Shown: piece after piece, positions 33,883-43,045 of the stretch | How positions within the stretch are numbered: the stretch's first letter is position 1 | Layout of the letters: every line of letters starts with the position of its first letter | NCBI GenBank assembly: GCA_031372565.1 | Contig: JANMLN010000034.1 | Span: 1-46,619 of the forward strand | DNA from: Gemmatimonadota bacterium | Lineage (GTDB): Bacteria > Gemmatimonadota > Gemmatimonadetes > Gemmatimonadales > Gemmatimonadaceae | Reading direction: 5' to 3' | DNA length: 46,619 bases | Notes under the pieces: model-generated | What the model was told of the DNA's origin: nothing | What the model saw: the letters and a program-made list of their open reading frames with translations, nothing else | The model's database searches: none | Position numbers and translations under genes: made by a program

Positions 33883-36800
33883 ATGGCACGCGAGAAGAAG
33901 ACGAGCACGGCTGGCACGGTCGTGCGAGCGGCCGCCGCCGCCGTTGTCACGCGCGCGCGGCGCGGACGTGGGCGCCTCGACGGCAAGATCGCCCTCATCA
34001 CCGGTGCGGCGGGCAACATCGGCGAGACGCTCTGTCGGCGGTATCTCGAAGAGGGCGCCACCATCATCATGGTCGGTCGCAACCGCACCAAGCTCGAGGA
34101 GGCGCGGTCGCGCCTCGTGAAGCTCACGCGGGTGCGCACCGCGCGGATGATCCTCGTGCCGTTCGACGCGAGCGATCCCGGTCAGGTGCGCGCCGGTCTC
34201 GCCGAGGCGATCGCGCAGTGCGGTCGGATCGACGTGCTGGTGAACAACGCCGGCTCGGCGGGACCCAAGCAGAAGCTCGAGGACGTGCCGCTCACGGCCG
34301 ATGAGCTGGAGGTGTTGCGAGCGCAGGGAAGTACCGACACCGAGACGGCGGTCGCCGCCGCCGGGAACCTGCTCGGCCTGTCGTGGAACGTCGTGCGGGC
34401 CGCCCTGCCGCACCTGTTGCCCGGCGCGAGCATCGTGAACATCTCCACCATCTTCTCGCGGACACAGTACTACGGTCGGACCGCGTATGTCGTCCCGAAG
34501 GCGGCGCTCAATGCGTTCTCCCGGCAACTGGCCACGCAGGTCGGCGATCGCGGGATCCGGGTGAACACGGTGTTCCCCGGTCCCATCGAGAGCGAGCGGA
34601 TTCGCACCGTGTTCGCGGCCATGGACAAGCTGCGCCACGCCGATGACGGCACGACGCGCGACGAGTTCTTCGGCCTCATGGCCCTCGCCCGCGCCAAGGA
34701 CGGCGGGCCTCCCGAGCGGTCGTTCCCCACCGTCGACGACGTTGCCAACGCGATCGTCTTCCTCGGATCCGACGAGTCGGCCGCCATCAGCGGCCACAAC
34801 TTCGAGATCACGCACGGCATGGCGGTGCGTCAGGAGTCGCGCTCGACCTGGATCTCGCGTCCCGAATTGCGCACCGTCGACGGCACCGGGCTCGCCGTGT
34901 TGGTGGCGGCCGGCGATCAGGTCGCCGATGCGATCACGATCGCGCGCGTGCAAGCGGGCTGCGGCGCGCACGTCGTGCTCGGCCTGGGCTCCGAAGAAGC
35001 CGTGCGCGCCGCACGCGAAGCCCTCGAGGACAATGAGCGGGACGACCGGATTCGGCCCGTGCTTTTCGATCGGGGACGGCCGGACACGCTCTCGGCGTCG
35101 CTCGAGGGATGGCGGGCCGAAGGCACCACGCTGCGTGGGGCGATCATCCTGCCCGCCTACGGTGCCTGGCGCTTCCGTGATCCGCTGGCCGAGGCGCGCG
35201 ATGCCGACGTGGCGGCCTTCCTGCGCGATGAGCTCTGCGGCGCGATTGCCATCGCCCGTGAACTGACCCGCTTCTGGAAGACGCACGCCGACTCGGCCCA
35301 TCAGCTGCACGTGCTCTTCATGTCCAACGGCGACGACGGCCTGGGGAACCACTACGCGGACATGCTGCGCGCGGCCATGGAAGAGCTGTGCCGGGTCTGG
35401 CGCGACGAAACCGAAGTGCAGGTGAAGGCGGGCGAGCGGCGAGCCGTCGAGTGGTCGAACCAGATCATCCGCTGGACCAATACCGAGGAGGAGGGATTGC
35501 CGTTCGCCGCGGGGCAGGCGGCACGCTTGCTCTTCACCCAGCGCAAGATCAATCAGGTCAACCTGTACCTGCCCGCATCGATCGTCGACGCCACCGGATC
35601 GCGCAAGGCACTGTTCGGCTGGATGGAGAACTTGCATGGTCTCCACCTCGGCAAGGTGGCATTGATCACCGGCGGGTCCGCCGGTATCGGCGGTCAGCTG
35701 GGTCGCCTGCTCGCGCTGGGCGGCGCTCGCGTGATGCTCGCGGCCCGCCGGGCCGACCAGCTCAACGAGATGCGCGACAGCATCGTGCGCGAGCTGCAGG
35801 ACGTGGGCTACGACGGCGCCTCGAACCGCGTCCGCATCCTGCCCGACGTGGACGTGGCGAAGGAGGAGGGACTCAAGCGATGCGTGGATGCGACGCTCGA
35901 GGCCTTCGGTCAGATCGACTACCTGATCAACAACGCGGGCGTGGCCGGGGCCGAGCAGATGGTCGTCGACATGACCCCGGACGAGTGGCGGTACACGCTC
36001 GACGCGAATCTCGTGTCCAATTACTCGCTGATCGAGAAGATCGTGCCGCTCATGAAGCAGCGCGGGTCGGGCTACATCCTAAACGTCAGCTCGTACTTCG
36101 GCGGTGAGAAGTACATCGCGGTGCCCTATCCCAACCGGGCCGACTATGCGGTGTCGAAGGCGGGGCAGCGCGCGCTCACGGAAAACCTGGCGCGCTTCGT
36201 CGGGCCCGAGATCCAGATCAACGCCATCGCGCCTGGTCCGGTCGCGGGCGACCGGTTGCGTGGCACGGGCGGCAAGCCGGGCCTCTTCGAGCGACGCGGC
36301 CGCTTGATTCTCGAGAACAAGCGTCTCAACCAGCTGCACGCGGCGGTCGTGCGCGCGCTCCGCGCGGGGGTGTCGCTGCCGGACGTGCTCGCGATGCTGG
36401 CGGGCAATGTCTCGCACCGACTCACGCTGGAAGACGCCCCGGCGGCGCTGCGCGAGTTTGCCGTCAAGGCACAGGCGGAGGCCGCACACGCGAGCGACGA
36501 GCCGACCTGCGGTCGATACCTGATGGATCCGCGAATCGGCGCCAAGCTGCTCTCGCGATTGCGGCTTGCCGGCCTGCGACTCGACGACGGCTCCACCACG
36601 GCGGACGACGCGGAATGGGTGGCGGCGCTGCCCGTCCCTGAGCAGCCGTTCTTGTCGGGGGTCGAGATCAGCAGCGAAGCGCAGAAGATCTCCAAGGGCG
36701 TCCTCGGCATGCTGCACTTGCGCAACATGCCGACCGAAACCGAGGTCGCCCTCGCGACCGTGTATTTCATGGCCGATCGGGCCGTCAGCGGCGAGACCTT

Positions 36801-37611
36801 CCAGCCGTCAGGCGGTCTGCATCAGGAGCGCACGATCACGGAGCGCGAACTGTTCGGACGGGCCAAGCCGGAGCGCATCGTGAAGATGCAGGGCCAGACC
36901 GTGTGGATCCTTGGCGAACACCTGCACGACCACATCCTGCGCGCGATCGAGCTGTATCTGGATCCGTGCCACGTCGGACGCATCGTGTTGTTGACGCGCA
37001 CGGCCGAAGCCGGCCAGGCCATCATGCGACGGTTGGAGGGGCGACCCGATGCCGACGTGGTGCGCCTGCAGGTCGTGGGTGACGATCTCGAGGGTGGCAT
37101 GGACGACGCGCTGCGCGCGTACGGGCGCCCGGCGGCGGTGCTCAGCACGCCGTACACACCCATTCCGAAGGCCCTCTTCGGCATCGCCGGTGTGGATCAC
37201 CTCGACGCGCGCGGCTTCGCCGAGCTGATCGAGGGAAATCTCACCCACCACTTCCGCGTGGCGCGGAAGGTGTCGTTGCTGGAGGGTGCGCTCCTGGTGC
37301 TTGCGTCCCCGGAGGTGCCGATCGGGGCCACGCACGCGCAGTTCGCCATGGCCAACTTCGTGAAGACCACGCTGCACGCCCTGACGGCGACGCTCGGCGT
37401 CGAGAACGAGCGGCTCGTCTTCCACGTGCCGGTCAACCAGATCAACCTGACGCGTCGAGTGCGGAGCGAAGAGCCGCGCGACGCCGGGGAGCAGGAGGAA
37501 GAGATCGACCGGTTCGCACGGGCGGTGCTGCTCGCCTCGGCGCCGTTGCCCGATGCCGACGACAGCCGCTACCGGGCGCGGATCTACCGGGGGCTGGCGA
37601 TCACGGTGTAG
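33883..37611 (+). CDS. mcr: Bifunctional malonyl-CoA reductase (Chloroflexus-type)
   Basis: 1242 aa with tandem SDR domains: RLDGKIALITGAAGNIG, NNAGSAG, YYGRTAYVVPK; LHLGKVALITGGSAGIGGQ, YLINNAG, SSYFGGEK, YPNRADYAVSK; C-terminus RIYRGLAITV. SD GAGGAG. Confidence 0.93.
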   Translation: MAREKKTSTAGTVVRAAAAAVVTRARRGRGRLDGKIALITGAAGNIGETLCRRYLEEGATIIMVGRNRTKLEEARSRLVKLTRVRTARMILVPFDASDPGQVRAGLAEAIAQCGRIDVLVNNAGSAGPKQKLEDVPLTADELEVLRAQGSTDTETAVAAAGNLLGLSWNVVRAALPHLLPGASIVNISTIFSRTQYYGRTAYVVPKAALNAFSRQLATQVGDRGIRVNTVFPGPIESERIRTVFAAMDKLRHADDGTTRDEFFGLMALARAKDGGPPERSFPTVDDVANAIVFLGSDESAAISGHNFEITHGMAVRQESRSTWISRPELRTVDGTGLAVLVAAGDQVADAITIARVQAGCGAHVVLGLGSEEAVRAAREALEDNERDDRIRPVLFDRGRPDTLSASLEGWRAEGTTLRGAIILPAYGAWRFRDPLAEARDADVAAFLRDELCGAIAIARELTRFWKTHADSAHQLHVLFMSNGDDGLGNHYADMLRAAMEELCRVWRDETEVQVKAGERRAVEWSNQIIRWTNTEEEGLPFAAGQAARLLFTQRKINQVNLYLPASIVDATGSRKALFGWMENLHGLHLGKVALITGGSAGIGGQLGRLLALGGARVMLAARRADQLNEMRDSIVRELQDVGYDGASNRVRILPDVDVAKEEGLKRCVDATLEAFGQIDYLINNAGVAGAEQMVVDMTPDEWRYTLDANLVSNYSLIEKIVPLMKQRGSGYILNVSSYFGGEKYIAVPYPNRADYAVSKAGQRALTENLARFVGPEIQINAIAPGPVAGDRLRGTGGKPGLFERRGRLILENKRLNQLHAAVVRALRAGVSLPDVLAMLAGNVSHRLTLEDAPAALREFAVKAQAEAAHASDEPTCGRYLMDPRIGAKLLSRLRLAGLRLDDGSTTADDAEWVAALPVPEQPFLSGVEISSEAQKISKGVLGMLHLRNMPTETEVALATVYFMADRAVSGETFQPSGGLHQERTITERELFGRAKPERIVKMQGQTVWILGEHLHDHILRAIELYLDPCHVGRIVLLTRTAEAGQAIMRRLEGRPDADVVRLQVVGDDLEGGMDDALRAYGRPAAVLSTPYTPIPKALFGIAGVDHLDARGFAELIEGNLTHHFRVARKVSLLEGALLVLASPEVPIGATHAQFAMANFVKTTLHALTATLGVENERLVFHVPVNQINLTRRVRSEEPRDAGEQEEEIDRFARAVLLASAPLPDADDSRYRARIYRGLAITV

Positions 37612-37686
37612 CGGAGGGTCCGCCAGTCCCTCGCGACGCGTGCGCGGGGGACGAACCGGGGGGTCCTTCGCTTCGCTCAGGCCGAC
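37608..37686. repeat. Stem-loop after mcr containing an inverted REP-like copy; probable bidirectional terminator
   Basis: Inner stem GTCCCTCGCG (37626-35) / CGCGGGGGAC (37643-52). The reverse complement of 37662-37686 matches the 5326 repeat at 22/25. Confidence 0.65.
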
Positions 37687-37691
37687 GGGGG

Positions 37692-37865
37692 CTAGAACTC
37701 GCGGCGCTTCATCTCGCTGAAGAACTGCTTGCGCTGTTCGGTCTCTTCCGTCGGGGCTTCGCGCTTGGTGGCTTCGAGCGTCGGATCGTACGACGGACGA
37801 ACGTCCTGCTTCTTGGGCTTGGACTGGATCTTCTTGATCAGCGCCTGGATCTGCTTCTCGTTCAT
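37692..37865 (-). CDS. 57-aa charged small protein (absent from the ORF track)
   Basis: MNEKQIQALIKKIQSKPKKQDVRPSYDPTLEATKREAPTEETEQRKQFFSEMKRREF; nearly all codons end in G/C; AGGG upstream. Confidence 0.75.
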   Translation of the reverse strand: MNEKQIQALIKKIQSKPKKQDVRPSYDPTLEATKREAPTEETEQRKQFFSEMKRREF

Positions 37866-37923
37866 CGCGATACCCTGGTTGAGGTGAGGCCGCTGCCAAC
37901 AGCGGCGTTCGGAAGAAAGACGC

Positions 37924-38601
37924 TCATGTGCCGACGTAGGTGACGCCGCGCATTTGCAGACGGTTCGCGGTCACGACCATCGATGGCACCACGATCACGC
38001 CGGGCAGCAGGGCGGGTCCCGTGAGGTCGGCGCGAAGGACCGCCTCCGCACCGTATCCTTCGGCTGCCAGCGTGCGCACGATGCGCATCAGGGAATTGTT
38101 GCACAGCAGCACGATCACCCCGCGCTGCTGGAGCACCGGGATCACGCCGTCCGCGGGGATCACCCCCGCGTGCAGCGCCGGATTGCGCACGGCCGGCATC
38201 TTGGTGGCTGAGTCCGCGAGGCCGATCGACTGCCCGAGGCGGTAGCGCGCCCAGGCGGCATCGTTGAACGCCATCGGTGCGGCACTGCCGTGGAAGCCGA
38301 TGATCGCGTTCACCTCGGCGTCCGCGGTGCCGTACGCATCGCGGTAGGTATTGAGAAAGTTGCGTACCGGGGTGATCACCGCGCCATCGAGGTGTGCCTT
38401 GCAGTCGAAGAACTGCCGGTACTTGCCCGTGAGCCGATCCATCCAGCCCTCGTCGACATCGTTCGCAATCGGCGACGGGCCCGCCAGCTGTTCTGAGGCG
38501 GCCAGCGCCGGTGCGGCCCCGAGCGCCACGATGGCCGCAGAGAGGCGCGAGAGGAAGCCGCGGCGCGGCGAGGGGGAGTGATCGCGGGTGGTCATGGCCA
38601 T
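37924..38601 (-). CDS. Tat-exported DsrE/F-like protein
   Basis: Twin-arginine SPRRGFLSRL plus AxA site; C-terminal LQQRGVIVLLCNNSL and GVIVVPS...LQMRGVTYV resemble the DsrE fold. Confidence 0.65.
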   Translation of the reverse strand: MAMTTRDHSPSPRRGFLSRLSAAIVALGAAPALAASEQLAGPSPIANDVDEGWMDRLTGKYRQFFDCKAHLDGAVITPVRNFLNTYRDAYGTADAEVNAIIGFHGSAAPMAFNDAAWARYRLGQSIGLADSATKMPAVRNPALHAGVIPADGVIPVLQQRGVIVLLCNNSLMRIVRTLAAEGYGAEAVLRADLTGPALLPGVIVVPSMVVTANRLQMRGVTYVGT

Positions 38602-38614
38602 GTGCGGAAAGTGG

Positions 38615-39547
38615 TCAGCGGCCGCCCGTGGCGCGACCCGCTTTCAGGGAACTCGTGCGGTACGCGGCGTCATCGGGCGCGTTGCCGCGAGGCCAGTCAC
38701 GCTCCTTGCCGCGAAAATCCGGGCGCGGCCGCGCGACCAGATACGTGGCGACATCGACCGCTTCCTGGTCGGTCAACGACTCGCGACGATCGTTCGGCAT
38801 GTTGTGCCGGATGAACGCCGCGCTCACGCGCCACCGCGCCATGCCGGCCCCGACGGTGAACGACTTGGCCCCCCACACGGGCGGTGTACCGAGAGCGCCC
38901 TCGCCGTTGGCGCCGTGGCAGCGCGCGCACTGCGCCGCGTACACGGTGCGGCCGCGGGCGGTGTCGCCGCGGGCAACCGCCTTCACCGAGTCGATCCCCT
39001 GACCGGTCACTCGGGTCCCCACCGGCACGCCGCGCGAGAGATGCGCGAAATACGACACGATGTCCCGCATGGCACTCGACTCGAGCGGCAACGGACTGCC
39101 GGCCAGTGACCGGCGAAAACAGTCGTTGATCCGGTTCTCGATGCGCTCCACCGCGTCCGATCGGCCCCGATACTGCGGATAGCGCGCCATCACGCCGGTC
39201 CAGGGCATCGCGTACGCTCGGCGCCCCTCATCCAGATGGCAGCTGACGCACCGGAGCCCGTTGCCGACGTACCGCGGCAGCGAGTCGCGGGTGGCCAGCA
39301 CGAGCGCGCGCCCTCGACGGATCGACGCACCGATCGGCGTTTCGGGAATGGTCCCATCGGCGGTGTCGATCTCGACCCGCGCACTGCCGGACGCGGCCGC
39401 AGGCACGCGATCGGCGGTCGCGCGCCGGAACGAGGCGTCATCCTGGATCTTGCACCCGGTCGACAGCGCAACGCTCAGCACCATGGCCCCACAGGACCGC
39501 AACACGCGAGGCGACAAAGGCGCCCAACGGCGCTCGGCGAGCAGCAT
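38615..39547 (-). CDS. tsdA: Diheme cytochrome c, TsdA (thiosulfate dehydrogenase/tetrathionate reductase) family; probable lipoprotein
   Basis: CVSCH and CARCH, YPQYRGR, RINDCFRRSLAG (heme-ligating Cys), PPVWG, GAGMAR, AAFIRHNMP; LSTGC lipobox. The start codon is uncertain. Confidence 0.8.
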   Translation of the reverse strand: MLLAERRWAPLSPRVLRSCGAMVLSVALSTGCKIQDDASFRRATADRVPAAASGSARVEIDTADGTIPETPIGASIRRGRALVLATRDSLPRYVGNGLRCVSCHLDEGRRAYAMPWTGVMARYPQYRGRSDAVERIENRINDCFRRSLAGSPLPLESSAMRDIVSYFAHLSRGVPVGTRVTGQGIDSVKAVARGDTARGRTVYAAQCARCHGANGEGALGTPPVWGAKSFTVGAGMARWRVSAAFIRHNMPNDRRESLTDQEAVDVATYLVARPRPDFRGKERDWPRGNAPDDAAYRTSSLKAGRATGGR

Positions 39548-39612
39548 GCCGGACGATATCGTGCTGCACGCCGCGCTGCCACCACCCCGCCACCCACCTT
39601 ACTTTTCCCGAC

Positions 39613-40605
39613 ATGACCGACGTGATCTCGCTCGCCGCAGAACTACTCGCCATCGAGTCGCCGACGGGCCGTGAGGGCAAGGCCGTGGAGTTCGTCTCCC
39701 GTTGGCTCGTGGCCCGAGGCTGGAACGTGACGGTGCAGGAAGTGACGCCGGGGCGCGGCAACATCTGGGCGTCGCGCGGTCGCGGTGCGGTCACGCTCTC
39801 CACGCATCTCGACACGGTGCCCCCGTACATCCCGCCATCGCTGAGCGGCGATCGCCTCTACGGGCGCGGTGCCTGCGACGCCAAGGGGATTGCCGCGGCG
39901 ATGTTGGCAGCCGCCGACCGCCTCGTGGCATCGGGTGAAGAGCGCGTCGATCTGCTCTTTGTCGTCGGCGAGGAGAAGGGAAGCGACGGCGCCCGCGCGG
40001 CCAACCACCTACCCGCCACCAGCCAGTGGCTCGTGAACGGCGAACCGACAGAGAGTCGTCTGGCGAGCGGCTGCAAGGGCTCGCAGCGCGTGATGGTCCG
40101 GATCCGCGGGCGCGAGGCCCATTCTGCGTACCCGCATCTCGGCCAATCGGCGATCGAACCGATGCTCGATCTCCTCCGTGAGCTCCGCCCGATCGAGTGG
40201 CCCAGGGACGCCGTGCTCGGCGACACGACGTACAACGTCGGCGTGCTGCGCGGCGGGACCGAGGCCAACGTGATTCCCGGGTTGGCCGAGTGCGAGGTGA
40301 TGTTCCGCTTGGTGGGTGATGTGCAGCAGGTGCGCGCGCTGATCGAACAGTGGGCGGCAGGGCGCGCTGAGTTGGAGTGGGGCTCGTACATCCCGGCGCA
40401 GCATTTCCACACGATTCCGGGTTTCGAGACGGGGCCGGTGGCGTACACCTCCGACATTCCCCTGCTGTCGCGCTGGGGAACCCCGCTGCTCTTCGGACCC
40501 GGTTCGATTCACGTGGCGCACACCACCGAGGAGCATGTCGACGGCGCCGAGCTGCGTGCCTCGGTCGACGCGTACATGCGCATCGTCAAGGCACTGCTCG
40601 CGTGA
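39613..40605 (+). CDS. M20 metallopeptidase (ArgE/DapE family), probable succinyl-DAP desuccinylase
   Basis: STHLDTVP, GRGACDAKG, VGEE, NGEPT, AHSAYP, GPGSIHVAHT; first gene of the dap operon. Confidence 0.85.
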   Translation: MTDVISLAAELLAIESPTGREGKAVEFVSRWLVARGWNVTVQEVTPGRGNIWASRGRGAVTLSTHLDTVPPYIPPSLSGDRLYGRGACDAKGIAAAMLAAADRLVASGEERVDLLFVVGEEKGSDGARAANHLPATSQWLVNGEPTESRLASGCKGSQRVMVRIRGREAHSAYPHLGQSAIEPMLDLLRELRPIEWPRDAVLGDTTYNVGVLRGGTEANVIPGLAECEVMFRLVGDVQQVRALIEQWAAGRAELEWGSYIPAQHFHTIPGFETGPVAYTSDIPLLSRWGTPLLFGPGSIHVAHTTEEHVDGAELRASVDAYMRIVKALLA

Positions 40606-41687
40606 GCACGCCATCCGTGCTGCCTCCGCATGGTCGGCATTGGCCCGTCGCGGTGCTCGGCGCGACCGGTGCCGTGGGGCAGACCTTCATCCGCCTGCTG
40701 CACGAGCATCCGTGGTTCCGCGTCGCCGAAGTGGCCGCCTCGTCGCGCTCCGCGGGCAAGTCGTATCGGGACGCCACGCGATGGCTCGAAGGCGCGATGC
40801 CCGCGGACATCGCGGAGCTGCCCGTGCGCGCCTGCACTCCCGACGACGTGCTCTCACCGATCGTCTTCTCGGCGCTCGATGCCGTGGCCGCGGGCGACGT
40901 GGAGCCCGCCTTCGCCCGCGCCGGGCGGCTCGTGCTGAGCAATGCGAAGAACTATCGCATGGCGCTTGACGTGCCCCTGGTGGTGCCGGATGTCAACGCG
41001 GACCACATGCTGCTCCTCGCGGCGCAGCGGTCGGCGCGCGGCTGGAGCGGCGGCTTGGTCACCAATGCGAACTGTGCGGCGACCGTCGCCGCCATGGCGC
41101 TCGCGCCGTTGCATCGCGCCTTCGGCCTGACGCGGGTCTTCGTGACCACGATGCAGGCGGTCTCCGGTGCGGGGTACCCCGGCGTCCCGTCGCTCGACAT
41201 CCTCGGAAATGTCATCCCGTTCATCGGCGACGAAGAACCAAAGATCGAGGCCGAACTGCCCAAGATCCTCGGATCGCTCGATGGCCAGGGCGGTGTCACC
41301 TTCGCCACCTGCGGTGTGAGCGCCCAGGCCAATCGCGTGCCGGTCGAGCACGGCCACACCGCCTGCCTCACGATGGAGTTCGCCCGCAAGCCGTCCGTCG
41401 ATGACGCCCGCGCCGTGCTCGCCGCGTGGCGCGGTCCGGACGGCGTGCGCGGGTTGCCCAGCGCGCCGGAGCGTCCGATCATCCTCAGCGATGCGCCGGA
41501 TCGCCCGCAACCACGGCGTGACGTGCAGGCGGGGCGCGGCATGTCCGTGACCGTTGGTCGATTGCGGGAGGATCCGCTCCTGCACCTGCGGCTGGTGGTG
41601 CTCGGGCACAACACGGTGGTCGGTGCCGCGGGCGCGTCGATTCTCAACGCTGAGTGGTTGGCGGCGCGCGGTCTCCTGTCCGCGTGA
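40602..41687 (+). CDS. asd: Aspartate-semialdehyde dehydrogenase (archaeal/fungal-like subtype)
   Basis: VLGATGAVGQ, HPWF, ASSRSAGK, NANC, TMQAVSGAG, RVPVEHGH, HNTVVGAAG. Confidence 0.93.
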   Translation: MSTPSVLPPHGRHWPVAVLGATGAVGQTFIRLLHEHPWFRVAEVAASSRSAGKSYRDATRWLEGAMPADIAELPVRACTPDDVLSPIVFSALDAVAAGDVEPAFARAGRLVLSNAKNYRMALDVPLVVPDVNADHMLLLAAQRSARGWSGGLVTNANCAATVAAMALAPLHRAFGLTRVFVTTMQAVSGAGYPGVPSLDILGNVIPFIGDEEPKIEAELPKILGSLDGQGGVTFATCGVSAQANRVPVEHGHTACLTMEFARKPSVDDARAVLAAWRGPDGVRGLPSAPERPIILSDAPDRPQPRRDVQAGRGMSVTVGRLREDPLLHLRLVVLGHNTVVGAAGASILNAEWLAARGLLSA

Positions 41688-43045
41688 TCGTCGTCAAGTT
41701 CGGCGGCACCTCGATGGCCGATGCCTCGGCTATCACGCGCGCGGGCGCCATCGTGCAATCGCGGGTCGCACGCCACCCGATCGTCGTGGTCAGCGCGTTC
41801 GCCGGTGTGACCAACCAACTGCTCCAGGTCGGCGCTCAAGCCGTCGACGGGCAGCTCGTGCCGGCCATGGCCACCGTGCAGGCGCTGCGCGAGCGTCACC
41901 TCAACGAAGCGCATGCCCTCGTGGGCGATTCCGCCGAGGGGTTCGAGCTGGCCGGCGAGCTCTCGGCGATGATCGACGAGCTCGCGGCGCTCACCGAGGC
42001 GCTGTCCGTGCTCGGGCATGGCACACCGCGCGCGATGGACAAGATCGCCGCACTCGGCGAGCAGCTCTCGTCGCTCGTGGCAGCGGCGGCCTTTCGCAAG
42101 CTGGGACTCGCGGCGCGTCACGTGGATGCGCGCGAGGTGATGCGCACCGACGATCACTTCGGGAAGGCCGAGCCACAACTCGACGCCATCAGTGATGCGG
42201 CGCGCCGGATCATCAGTCCGATGCTGCGCGCCGGCGAACTGCCCGTCATGGGTGGCTTCGTGGGTGCGACCGCGCAACACGTCACGACGACGCTCGGCCG
42301 CGGGGGCTCCGACTACTCGGCCTCGCTGCTCGGCGCTGCGCTCCGTGCCGAGGCGATCGAGATCTGGACCGATGTCGACGGCATGCTCACCGCCGATCCA
42401 CGGATCGTCGCCGACGCGCGGCTGATCGCCGACATTCGTTTCGACGAAGCGAGTGAACTGGCGTCGTTCGGGGCCAAGGTGCTGCACCCGAGCACCATTG
42501 CACCGGCGGTCAAGCTCGGCATCCCGGTCTTCGTCTTCAATTCCCGGCATCCAACGGGGACGGGCACGCGCATCACCTTCGAGGCGCCCATGCGCGCGGT
42601 CACGGCCATCGCGGGCAAGAAGCAGGTGACCGTGATCAAGGTCAAGTCGTCGCGCATGCTCATGCAGCACGGCGTGCTGCGCCGCATCTTCGAGGTGTTC
42701 GAGCGGCATCGGACATCGGTGGATGTGGTCGCGACGTCGGAAGTCTCGGTGTCCGTGACCATCGACGACACCACGCACCTCGAAGCGCTGCTCAACGATC
42801 TGCAACCGCTCGGCGACGTGAGCGTCGAGCGCAACCGGGGCATCCTCGCGTTGGTGGGATCGGGCATGAGCACCGACTCGCTGGCGATGGCGCGCGCGCT
42901 CGCCGCCCTTGATGGCGCCCGCGTGCACATGGTCTCGCTGTCGGCGAGCGGCATCAACCTGACCCTCATCGTCGATGGCGATCAGGTCGACACGGGCATG
43001 CGGCGCCTGCACGCCGCGTTCTTCGGACGCCAGGTGGCCGCATGA
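41684..43045 (+). CDS. lysC: Aspartate kinase
   Basis: VVKFGGTS, TTLGRGGSDYSA, IWTDVDG, FGAKVLHP, two ACT domains. Confidence 0.96.
   Translation: MIVVKFGGTSMADASAITRAGAIVQSRVARHPIVVVSAFAGVTNQLLQVGAQAVDGQLVPAMATVQALRERHLNEAHALVGDSAEGFELAGELSAMIDELAALTEALSVLGHGTPRAMDKIAALGEQLSSLVAAAAFRKLGLAARHVDAREVMRTDDHFGKAEPQLDAISDAARRIISPMLRAGELPVMGGFVGATAQHVTTTLGRGGSDYSASLLGAALRAEAIEIWTDVDGMLTADPRIVADARLIADIRFDEASELASFGAKVLHPSTIAPAVKLGIPVFVFNSRHPTGTGTRITFEAPMRAVTAIAGKKQVTVIKVKSSRMLMQHGVLRRIFEVFERHRTSVDVVATSEVSVSVTIDDTTHLEALLNDLQPLGDVSVERNRGILALVGSGMSTDSLAMARALAALDGARVHMVSLSASGINLTLIVDGDQVDTGMRRLHAAFFGRQVAA

Noticed and set aside
39548..39612. Lysine riboswitch before the dap operon
   Set aside because: The gap is only about 65-130 nt depending on the tsdA start, and no aptamer features are recognisable.
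40602..41687. Asd-family gene as an archaeal-type malonyl-CoA reductase, given the nearby 3HP genes
   Set aside because: It is translationally coupled to lysC-dapB-dapA-dapD, so ordinary Asd is the simpler reading.
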